64,000 nucleotides of DNA from an uncultured Pseudomonadales bacterium (GTDB taxonomy: Bacteria; Patescibacteriota; Microgenomatia; UBA1400; PJMF01): assembly GCA_964393205.1 (NCBI GenBank), contig CAYMSV010000002.1, positions 28,078 through 92,077 on the forward strand, read 5' to 3'. This document shows, piece by piece, positions 10,192 through 18,331 of the stretch (position 1 is its first letter; the number at the start of each line of letters is the position of its first letter). The translations under genes and the position numbers were made by a program. The notes below the pieces were generated by a model. That model was not told the origin of the DNA, made no database searches, and saw only the letters and a program-made list of their open reading frames with translations.

Positions 10192-12432
10192 CTAATCTAT
10201 AATAAAGTTAAATCGAGAAGAATTTTTTGGTAAGCGCTGTATAAATTGAGTCAAAAAAGCTGGTTGATAGACTATTTTCACTTGGTTTATCAATTCTTTA
10301 TCTTCTAAATTATTCCTCGCTTCTTCTATATTTTTACCAAGCAATAAATCCAATAATGATTCTTCATCAATATTTGCTCTAGATCTAGCAGATAATTCTG
10401 TGCTCAAAATTAAACGATTACTATCATCTTCAGCTGGAACAGGCTGATCACTTAACAATGATGGTTCTTCGTCAACAAATTCATAATTTTCTGGTAAATC
10501 CATAAGTAAAACTGCCTGCGCTAACTGCTTCAAATCACTAGATAAATATTTAATAGCTTCAACCTCTAAGGTCATTTCTAAAGAAAGAGTTTCCACCTCA
10601 TCTCCCTCTTCATGATCATATTCAAAAGAGCTAATACGGCTGTTATTGCTTGGCACAAAATAAACCCCATCTCTAGATTCTTCAGTAAATTCATTGATAG
10701 CAATTTCGTTTAGACTCGTTCTCAACTGACTCAGTAAAGTTTCAAGATCCTCTTTGGAAACTACTCTCACTTCTCTACTAGAACCGCCAGAAAAATTATC
10801 AATAACTGTAGCTGAATAAGTATCTTCACTAAAATCACCTATTTTTAACTTACTATTTTTATCAATGTTCGCTTCTGCTCCAATATCTTTAGCAAGCAAT
10901 GTTGCCTCCCCACTTCCATAATCCATTCCACTACCACCTTCTTCTTCCTCAGCAGCTGCCACCGTTACCTCATCTTCCAATTCAAACGTTATGTCTTCAT
11001 ACTCAAAAATCGTACCAGCAGCAAAAGTCTTTTCACTAGAAGTTTTATTAAACAAATTAACATTCCCTCTAGCTTTATCTCCAACCAAACTAATACCAGT
11101 TGTACTTAATGTATCTTCACCACTAATTTCCTTTTTTACCAAAGATGCTTTTAGTAGATTTTGATCATAATTAGATTCAGTTACTTCTGGATCAAGAATA
11201 ATATCTAAATTCTTTTGTAAAACTTGTCTGTCTGCCTTAATTTCTATTCTCACCTTTGATAGAAAAAAACTAAAAACAATTAAAATAACTATCAAAGACA
11301 ATAATCCACTAATAATACCGATTATTAGAGATTTACGATTTTTTCTTAGGAAACGAGCTAAAGGAGTCATTTTCTTAAATTTTTCTGGTGTACTTATTGG
11401 TACTGGATTAGTTTTTTTGACAGGCTGCTCAGGCTTGAATTCTTTCAATTCTTCAGACTTAAAGTTGGTAAATTGAGATTTCTTATCTTCTTCTTTTTCC
11501 TTGATTTTATCTGAGGCTAAATCAATACCAAAACTACTAATCTTTTGCTTTTCGACTCCAATCTCTGTTTGATCTGACAAATTTTTTTCGAAATTAGTGC
11601 TTTGCTTGGCGTTTTCAAAAGCCGGCAAATCCTGATCAAGCTTAGATTCAAAGCTGCTTGATAACATATGGCCTGCTGCTAAACTTAAAGATTTAATTAA
11701 AAAATCTGTTTCCAAAACTATAAATTGTGGTGATTGTAAAAAGCCATCTACTTCTTTCCAATCAAAAGTTTGTAGCTGTGACTGTTCTTTTTTCAAAGAT
11801 TTTTGACTAAGATTTAGTGAAGTAAGAAAAAGTCTATTGGGAAAATATTTTCCTTGATCACCCAACTCTTGACTTACTCTAGCCAAACCTTCTCTTAAAT
11901 CATCGGTTAATTTGGCTGATCTGCCAATTTGTAAATTCAACAATAACTGACCGTGCTTAATTAAGATTAAATCAAAGTCTTTCTCTCTTAAATATACTGT
12001 CAAAGAAGAGTCACGAGGATCATTCATTGTTCTAGATTTATGAATACCTTCAACCACACTCATTTGCCCCAAAGCAGATAAACTCAAGCTTTCTGATAAT
12101 TCTTGAATTATCACTTTTTTACTATCTAACAACTCACCATCTTTTAACCAAGATTCGTCAAAAATAAAAACACAATCCGCTACATCATCGGCCAATAAAC
12201 CCAAATCCTGAAGTGATTGATCAAGTTGAACTAGTAGATCTTGGCGATCAAAATAAGTTTTTATAGAAGAATACTCTTTGATTTCTTGTTTTTTATTAAC
12301 CAAAGCGCTTTGTAGCTCTTGATCACTCAAAACTATGGAAATAAACAATTCTTCCTGATTTAAGTCCTCATCTAGACCTTGATTACGATTTTCTTTTGTT
12401 TTTTTGGTAAATTTTTTCAATAAGTTGGGCAT
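10192..12432 (-). CDS. Single-pass membrane protein; extracellular part resembles the baseplate-J-like domain proteins of CPR bacteria
   Basis: TM at about aa 368-390; C-terminal KARGNVNLFN...F.GGSSREV pattern recalled from CPR baseplate J/gp47-like proteins. Confidence 0.5.
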   Translation of the reverse strand: MPNLLKKFTKKTKENRNQGLDEDLNQEELFISIVLSDQELQSALVNKKQEIKEYSSIKTYFDRQDLLVQLDQSLQDLGLLADDVADCVFIFDESWLKDGELLDSKKVIIQELSESLSLSALGQMSVVEGIHKSRTMNDPRDSSLTVYLREKDFDLILIKHGQLLLNLQIGRSAKLTDDLREGLARVSQELGDQGKYFPNRLFLTSLNLSQKSLKKEQSQLQTFDWKEVDGFLQSPQFIVLETDFLIKSLSLAAGHMLSSSFESKLDQDLPAFENAKQSTNFEKNLSDQTEIGVEKQKISSFGIDLASDKIKEKEEDKKSQFTNFKSEELKEFKPEQPVKKTNPVPISTPEKFKKMTPLARFLRKNRKSLIIGIISGLLSLIVILIVFSFFLSKVRIEIKADRQVLQKNLDIILDPEVTESNYDQNLLKASLVKKEISGEDTLSTTGISLVGDKARGNVNLFNKTSSEKTFAAGTIFEYEDITFELEDEVTVAAAEEEEGGSGMDYGSGEATLLAKDIGAEANIDKNSKLKIGDFSEDTYSATVIDNFSGGSSREVRVVSKEDLETLLSQLRTSLNEIAINEFTEESRDGVYFVPSNNSRISSFEYDHEEGDEVETLSLEMTLEVEAIKYLSSDLKQLAQAVLLMDLPENYEFVDEEPSLLSDQPVPAEDDSNRLILSTELSARSRANIDEESLLDLLLGKNIEEARNNLEDKELINQVKIVYQPAFLTQFIQRLPKNSSRFNFIID

Positions 12433-12525
12433 ATTTTTTGAATAATAAAAAACTGGGTTTAGATTAACCCCTCAATTACATTAAAGCAGAGTTTTGCTTA
12501 ATTTTAAAGAACTGAGTATCTCTTT

Positions 12526-14430
12526 TTACCTAAAACGAATGTAAATTCTTCTGATTCCTTGTGCAACAGCTTTTTCTTTAAAAATCTCTAGTTCTCCAAA
12601 ACGCGCTATTTGCGAGGTTCTTTCCACATGAGGTCCACCACACAGTTCCTTAGATATCCAATCTTGTTCGTCACCTATAGTGTAAACTTTTACTCTCTCC
12701 GGATAGCGTTCAACAAAGAAAGCAATTGCTCCAGACTCCAGAGCTTTTTCTTTAGACATTGTTTCACTAGAAACCTCTAAATCAGCTTTAAGCCAATCAT
12801 TTAACAATTCTTCTATTGATTGAAGTTGCTCCTTCGTTAAGGCTTGATCATAGCTAAAATCGAAACGCAAACGATCCTTATTAATGTTTGAGCCCTTTTG
12901 CTCAAGCTCATCACCTAAAATTTTTCGCAGCGCAGCTTGCAACAAATGAGTGGCTGTATGAAATGCTGTATTTTTAACATCTTGATTTGCCAAACCTCCC
13001 TTAAATTTTTCCTGAGTAGTTTGACGAGATAGTTGCGCGTGTCGATTCTGAGCCTCAATAATTTTACTTTCAATTTCTTCTTCAATTGTTATGTTCCTAG
13101 ATTTTGCTTCCTCAATAGATAATTCAAAAGGAAAACCATAACTCTCATAAAGCTTAAAAGCTAGCTCAGCTGTCAGCTGATCTTTCTTAACTATTAAACG
13201 ATTAAATTCTTTTAAACCTCTCAACAAAGTCCTGTTAAATTTCTCTTCTTCAGTTTTTAAAACTCTATTGATTAAATCTTTTTTCTTTAACAAATCTGTA
13301 TAAAAATCCTGATAAAGCTTCAAAACTTCCGGCACAACTTCTATTAAAAAATTTTCTTTCAATTCTAAATACCTGGCTTGTCTTAATGATCGCCTAATTA
13401 AACGGCGTAATAAATACCCCTGCTCCTTGTTGCTGGGTAAAACCCCATCACTAATTAACATGACACTGGCTCGAATATGATCAGCAATAATACGAAAAGC
13501 TGGTTTAAATTTTGGATCTTGATAATCTTTAGCGCTCAATTCGACTAACTTATTAATAATACCCAAAAAAGCACTGCTTTGAAAAACATCCATTTGATTT
13601 TCTACTGCCGCTAATAATCGCCCCAACCCTCCACCAAAATCAATATTTTTTTGGTTTAATTCTTTAAAACCATTTTGAGTGAGTTGATATTGCATAAACA
13701 CACTGTTACCAATTTCCAAAAAACGCCCACAATCACAATTAATGTGACAAGCTTGTTTGGCAAAAACAGATTGTTGATGTATGTCAAAATCAGTTTCAGA
13801 AGCTGCAAAATCATAGAAAACCTCACTATCCGGACCACCCAATTCACCAACAGGCATTTTAGCCGGCACCCCAGACCTCGACCACCAATTTTTTTCTTCA
13901 CCATAAAAGAATATTCGACCCTCCTGCAAACCCAGTTGAGGATTATCAATGATTTTTGCTTTAACTCCTCTTTTTTCAAATAATTTTTGCCAAATATTAG
14001 CTGCTTCATTATCCTTAGGAATATTAAGCTTTTTATTACCTGCAAAAACTGATATGTAAAGACGTTCTGGTTTTAACTTTAAAACATCAACTAAGAATTC
14101 AAAACAAAAATTGATTTGTTCTTCTTTAAAATAGTCACCAAATGACCAATTTCCCAACATTTCAAAAAAAGTTGTATGGCGATTATCACCCACTTCTTCA
14201 ATATCTTCGCTACGAAAACATTTTTGTGAATTAACTATTCTTTTTCCATAAGGATGTTTCTGTCCAAAAAAATAAGGAATCATCGCCTGCATTCCGGCAC
14301 TAGTAAATAAAGTTGTAGGATCATTTTCAGGAACCAAACTTGCTGAAGGAACAACTGCATGATCTTTGGCAATAAAAAAATCCAAATATAAACGACGCAA
14401 ACTAGATAAGGTTAAAGAAGGTTTAGACAT
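12526..14430 (-). CDS. alaS: Alanine--tRNA ligase (short form without C-Ala domain)
   Basis: DPTTLFTSAGM, HTTFFEMLGNWSFGDYFK, editing motifs HTATH and ELCGGPH; ends at GIRRIYIRFR. Confidence 0.96.
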   Translation of the reverse strand: MSKPSLTLSSLRRLYLDFFIAKDHAVVPSASLVPENDPTTLFTSAGMQAMIPYFFGQKHPYGKRIVNSQKCFRSEDIEEVGDNRHTTFFEMLGNWSFGDYFKEEQINFCFEFLVDVLKLKPERLYISVFAGNKKLNIPKDNEAANIWQKLFEKRGVKAKIIDNPQLGLQEGRIFFYGEEKNWWSRSGVPAKMPVGELGGPDSEVFYDFAASETDFDIHQQSVFAKQACHINCDCGRFLEIGNSVFMQYQLTQNGFKELNQKNIDFGGGLGRLLAAVENQMDVFQSSAFLGIINKLVELSAKDYQDPKFKPAFRIIADHIRASVMLISDGVLPSNKEQGYLLRRLIRRSLRQARYLELKENFLIEVVPEVLKLYQDFYTDLLKKKDLINRVLKTEEEKFNRTLLRGLKEFNRLIVKKDQLTAELAFKLYESYGFPFELSIEEAKSRNITIEEEIESKIIEAQNRHAQLSRQTTQEKFKGGLANQDVKNTAFHTATHLLQAALRKILGDELEQKGSNINKDRLRFDFSYDQALTKEQLQSIEELLNDWLKADLEVSSETMSKEKALESGAIAFFVERYPERVKVYTIGDEQDWISKELCGGPHVERTSQIARFGELEIFKEKAVAQGIRRIYIRFR

Positions 14431-14436
14431 GAAATT

Positions 14437-14445
14437 ATTATAACA
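14437..14445 (-). promoter_or_regulatory. Extended -10 promoter 6 nt before the alaS ATG (leaderless)
   Basis: TGTTATAAT-AATTTC-ATG. Confidence 0.6.
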
Positions 14446-14452
14446 GCCAAAA

Positions 14453-14809
14453 CTAAATACCTTTGAATTGATTCTTTTTTTTCTGTCTACGTAATCGCTT
14501 ACGAGTTTTTTCTTTATCTTTAGATCGCTCTAATTTTGCTAAGACCAGAGTTAAATTATCTTTAAATTCAAATAAGGAGTGTTTGAGCTGTAAAAAATAT
14601 TTATCTTTTATTTCTTCTAATGTTAGTTCTGGACTATCTATTAAATTTTTTTTGTATAAATCTGAGCGAGCAGACTCCCAATCCTTTGCCAACTTTTTCC
14701 AAGTTTGCTGACCCTGCTCACTGGAAAAATAAGTGATAGCAGTACCCAGAGAAAATCCTATAGCCAAACCCGATAAAAAGCCATTAGCTTGTTGCTTATC
14801 TTCAACCAT
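14453..14809 (-). CDS. YtxH-like membrane-anchored hypothetical protein
   Basis: N-terminal FLSGLAIGFSLGTAITYF helix followed by a charged helical region; adjacent to a DUF948-like gene. Confidence 0.5.
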   Translation of the reverse strand: MVEDKQQANGFLSGLAIGFSLGTAITYFSSEQGQQTWKKLAKDWESARSDLYKKNLIDSPELTLEEIKDKYFLQLKHSLFEFKDNLTLVLAKLERSKDKEKTRKRLRRQKKKNQFKGI

Positions 14810-14812
14810 TTT

Positions 14813-15148
14813 TTAAATTTTCTTTTTACTTGACTGATTTAAGTCTTTTGTCTTCAAATCATCCTCACGGTGACGATTTAACCAAGTCATAAAACCTTCT
14901 GTCACTTTTAAACCAGCAGTAAAATTAGTAATAAAAGCACTCAAGCTATGAAAGGGGTTGAGAATCCCTTCAATTTTATTTTGAGTTGTATCAACTACTT
15001 GATTGGCCTTATCAATAACTTGATTAAATTTTTGTAAAGATTGTTTGATTTGTCCCAACACCATAATTAATTTAATGGCTAGTGCAACCAGCACCAAGGT
15101 TAAACTAGCAACGGAAATGGTTAAAACTAAAGGTAAAAACTCTGACAT
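14813..15148 (-). CDS. DUF948/YtxG-like membrane protein
   Basis: N-terminal TM followed by coiled coil; ytxG-ytxH-like gene pairing. Confidence 0.5.
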   Translation of the reverse strand: MSEFLPLVLTISVASLTLVLVALAIKLIMVLGQIKQSLQKFNQVIDKANQVVDTTQNKIEGILNPFHSLSAFITNFTAGLKVTEGFMTWLNRHREDDLKTKDLNQSSKKKI

Positions 15149-15217
15149 AATTGGCTTTCTTGTTAATTACAATCATTTTACGACAGGGGCAAATAATTTA
15201 CCAGTTCCACTCGAAAA

Positions 15218-15874
15218 TCAGTAATTTACTTGAATAGTTCGCTGAACCACACTTGTCTTGCCTCGTTCATCTGTGGCTTTAATTGTAATCGTGGCTGGTC
15301 CTTCAATATCATAATAAAGTTCAGTGTTAAAAAAACCACCAGCTTGAAGAGCCACTGGTTGTGCATTGACTAGAACAGTGGCATTCATTATTGTCTGACC
15401 TTCAACTACTACCCTAGCTGCGGTAAGATCTCCATCACTTGGTTGAAAAACTTCTAAACGTGGAGGTCTGTTCAGAGAAAACCATTGCCAAGTAGCGTAA
15501 CTCAGAAAAATTAAAAACACACTTGCAATAAATAGAAGAGTTAAGCGTACTGGAGAAAATAAATTTGCTTTTCTAAAAGAATCTCGCAAAAATTCTCTAG
15601 GTAATAAACGTCCCTTAGCGCTTTCTTGGTAATCTCTTCGCAAAATTGCCAATAGGGGACGTGGATTAACTCCAAGTAATTTAGCGTAGTTGCTGATATA
15701 AGCTTTAGCGTAACTAGCATTGGGTAAAACAGCAAAATTATTTTTTTCAATTGCCTCAAGATAATTAAGTTTAATAAAAGTTTTCTCAGCAATATCTTTA
15801 AGTTCTAAACCGGCTGCTTTTCGATGTTTAATTAACAAGTCACCCACAGTTTGTGTTTTAATCGTTTGGTTCAT
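15218..15874 (-). CDS. RodZ-like HTH-TM-Ig domain protein
   Basis: HTH_25 pattern (GDLL..HR...LEAIE...Y.KAYI..YA..LG), TM, C-terminal Ig-like strands; ATG at 15874 preferred over TTG at 15901. Confidence 0.75.
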   Translation of the reverse strand: MNQTIKTQTVGDLLIKHRKAAGLELKDIAEKTFIKLNYLEAIEKNNFAVLPNASYAKAYISNYAKLLGVNPRPLLAILRRDYQESAKGRLLPREFLRDSFRKANLFSPVRLTLLFIASVFLIFLSYATWQWFSLNRPPRLEVFQPSDGDLTAARVVVEGQTIMNATVLVNAQPVALQAGGFFNTELYYDIEGPATITIKATDERGKTSVVQRTIQVNY

Positions 15875-15920
15875 TAGGGCAATTCTAGAAAGAATTCTCA
15901 ATCAAAGCAAGTTCTAAACC

Positions 15921-16355
15921 TTAATCACTCAGTGCTTTTTTGAGAGCACTAGCAATTCGAGCTCCATCAGCCCTAGAAGCTAGCTCTTTGGTAATCCGAC
16001 CCATTAAGGGGCCAAAATCCTTTAAATCACTCTGAGAAACAAATTTCTCAACAAATTTTTCTAAATCTTCATCGCTCATTTGTTCAGGTAGATAGCTTTT
16101 CAGAATCTTAATTTTACTTTCAGTCTCACTAACTAAATCTTGACGGTCGGCTTTCTTAAAGTCTTCAAGCGCATCTAATTGTTGATTAAGCATTTTTTTA
16201 ATTATTTTTTGCACAGCTGCATCATCAGCAAGCCCATGATCAATTTCAAAATTTTTAATTTCACTACGAATCAGGCGAATAGTACCTAAACGCTCCGTAT
16301 CTTTAGCCCTCATTGCAGTTTTCATTTCTTCCATTAGTTGTTCTTGCAGTGTCAT
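15921..16355 (-). CDS. GatB/YqeY domain protein
   Basis: MKTAMRAKD..RL.TIR, YLPEQMS, DFGPLMG, ADG. Start moved to 16355 because the longer ORF overlaps tRNA-Val. Confidence 0.9.
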   Translation of the reverse strand: MTLQEQLMEEMKTAMRAKDTERLGTIRLIRSEIKNFEIDHGLADDAAVQKIIKKMLNQQLDALEDFKKADRQDLVSETESKIKILKSYLPEQMSDEDLEKFVEKFVSQSDLKDFGPLMGRITKELASRADGARIASALKKALSD

Positions 16356-16376
16356 AAATTCCTTTTTTTTAATTAG

Positions 16377-16450
16377 TGGACAATACTGGACTCGAACCAG
16401 TGACCTCACGAATGTGAATCGTGCGCTCTAACCAGCTGAGCTAATTGTCC
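16377..16450 (-). tRNA. tRNA-Val (anticodon CAC); CCA not encoded
   Basis: Reverse complement GGACAAT-TAGCTCAGCTGGTTAGAGC-G-CACGA TTCACAT TCGTG-AGGTC-ACTGG TTCGAGT CCAGT-ATTGTCC-A folds as a cloverleaf. Confidence 0.95.
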
Positions 16451-16451
16451 G

Positions 16452-17219
16452 TTGACTGGTAGCCTGTATTATAAAACAAAGCCTGACTTTTTAAAAAAGC
16501 AAAGTCAGTTGGCTGTCAATTTAAAAAACTACAATGCTTTGGTGAACAACTTTTCATTTTTTCACTGTTGGCAAGCTTATTTACTACCAGATTTTTGTCA
16601 AAACTGTCAAAGATTGGGACCAATGCTTTGTGAAAGTTGCTATCAATTAGTTGAATTTTTTTGGCAAGAAGATCTAGCAGCGTTTTTTGCCAAAAATTTT
16701 GATAAAAATTATTTTGACCAAATAAGAGTGATGGCTCGTTTTAAATCTCCAATTAGCTCCTTAATTAAATCATTAAAATATCAACATCATAGCCGAGCAG
16801 CTAAGTTTCTAGCTCAAATGTTGTTTTTCCACCTAAATATTAGTTACGAAAAATTTGACTTAATAACCTTTGTTCCTATTCATAATCAAAAAATTAAAAA
16901 AAGAGGATACAATCAAAGTCAACTTATCGCTGAGGAACTAGCTGTTTGGACTAAAAAGCCTTGTTTAAATTTACTAAAAAAAACTGTCAACAATACTGCT
17001 CAAGCACAAATTAGTGACAAACAACAACGCTTGCAACGACTCAATAATACTTTTGAAATTTCTCATCCTTATTCTCAACACCGACCCTTAAAAAATAAAA
17101 ATATTTTAATAATTGATGATGTAATTACTACTGGCGCCACTATAAATAGCGCCAGTCGTGTATTAAAAAAATATGGGGTTGAGTGGGTTTCAGTTTTAAC
17201 TTTAGCAGCTAATCTATAA
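16452..17219 (+). CDS. comF: ComF/GntX family phosphoribosyltransferase-like competence protein (true start uncertain, probably downstream)
   Basis: CxxC...CxxC zinc motif, RGYNQS, IIDDVITTGAT. Confidence 0.88.
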   Translation: MTGSLYYKTKPDFLKKQSQLAVNLKNYNALVNNFSFFHCWQAYLLPDFCQNCQRLGPMLCESCYQLVEFFWQEDLAAFFAKNFDKNYFDQIRVMARFKSPISSLIKSLKYQHHSRAAKFLAQMLFFHLNISYEKFDLITFVPIHNQKIKKRGYNQSQLIAEELAVWTKKPCLNLLKKTVNNTAQAQISDKQQRLQRLNNTFEISHPYSQHRPLKNKNILIIDDVITTGATINSASRVLKKYGVEWVSVLTLAANL

Positions 17220-17244
17220 ATTAAAAAAGATCAAACAAATATTA

Positions 17245-17273
17245 TTGATTTTCTCGAGTAAAAATGTTATAAT
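17245..17273 (+). promoter_or_regulatory. Sigma70 promoter of tmRNA
   Basis: TTGATT-N17-TATAAT with TG extension (TGTTATAAT), 16 nt before the mature 5' end. Confidence 0.65.
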
Positions 17274-17289
17274 AACTTGTTCTTTAACA

Positions 17290-17691
17290 GGGGATGTATT
17301 GTATTGACGTCAGTCAACTTTAATCATTGCAGATCATCTTTGGTGAAAAGATGTTAAACAACACTAAAAAATAACTGTCAAAAACAGTTTTAAAACAGCA
17401 GTTAATAAAGTCGCCAGTCTTTTTGACTTTGGCTTCGTAGCTGCTCCTGCTTTTGCTTAATTGTAAAAGTAGGCATCTAGTGTTGAACTCTTATCGACGG
17501 TTCACATTAGGTGAAAACCTAGTCGATTAGCAGAAATAAAGAATCAGGTCACTTTATTTCCAAGAATTAGGCCTGGATGAAGCAAAAAAAGTTTGTCTAT
17601 TTACTTCTTGCTTCAAATCGAAAATAAACTAAATCTGTAGATATCGTTAAAGTCAGATTAGCGGACGCGGGAGCAAAACCCGCCATCTCCA
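17290..17691 (+). ncRNA. ssrA: tmRNA (SsrA)
   Basis: 5' GGGGATG pairs with 3' CATCTCC-A, including G3.U70; 5' ...TTGAC; 3' GGAC-GCGGG-loop-CCCGC; resume context AAAATAACT followed by an ORF ending AAPAFA-stop (17377-17460); smpB is in the window. Confidence 0.92.
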
Positions 17692-17770
17692 CAACAGCAG
17701 ATCCTTATCTAAAAAATCAGCACTATATTAAAAATAGTGATTTTCTATATCAAAAAATCTATGAAGTTGC

Positions 17771-18268
17771 TTAATTCTTGGATTTAAGTGTCAAACCTAG
17801 ACCAAACACCAATATTCCAAAAGCAAAAATTATAATTGTGTTCTCTAAAGCGCCTGATTCTGGCAAAGTTTCTTCGGTGGCTGTCTCAGCAGAAGGCGTA
17901 CTAAGGCTGGCAACTTCCGCTACATTTATAACTAAGTCTAAAGTTTCTCCACCAGAACTAACTACCAAATCATTTTCACCATAAGAAACTTCCCTAAAAT
18001 TAACTCCCCAATTTCCCTCAACGTCAGCAACAGTATCATTGTTTAAATCAGCAAGTGCTATCTGCACTTCAGCTGAAGGAGAGGCAGTTCCTGTTACTGT
18101 GAAAGTCGTTAAGGTAGTTTCATAAACTTTAACTGTAGACCCCAAACCAACAATAGAATCATTACCTCCTATAGCATCAATCGTAAGAGCACTGGCCAAT
18201 GCTGGCTTAATTAAAAAAATAAGTAAAAATAAAAAAAGTAATTGAAAAGTTTTTATCATTTTTTTCAT
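17771..18268 (-). CDS. Secreted Ig-like protein with LPESG sortase-type sorting signal
   Basis: Signal peptide ending ALA, Ig-like strands, Ser/Thr/Glu linker, LPESG, hydrophobic helix, KSKN tail. Confidence 0.7.
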   Translation of the reverse strand: MKKMIKTFQLLFLFLLIFLIKPALASALTIDAIGGNDSIVGLGSTVKVYETTLTTFTVTGTASPSAEVQIALADLNNDTVADVEGNWGVNFREVSYGENDLVVSSGGETLDLVINVAEVASLSTPSAETATEETLPESGALENTIIIFAFGILVFGLGLTLKSKN

Positions 18269-18331
18269 ACAAGATTTAGCTTAACATTTTTTTAAACATA
18301 AAATCAACTAATTTTAAAAATCTAAAATTAT

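Noticed and set aside
10192-12432. Prophage suggested by the baseplate-like gene
   Set aside because: No capsid, terminase, tail or lysis genes in the window; the flanking genes are housekeeping.
16356-16409. N-terminal extension of the YqeY ORF to 16409
   Set aside because: It overlaps tRNA-Val; the ATG at 16355 has an AAGGA SD.
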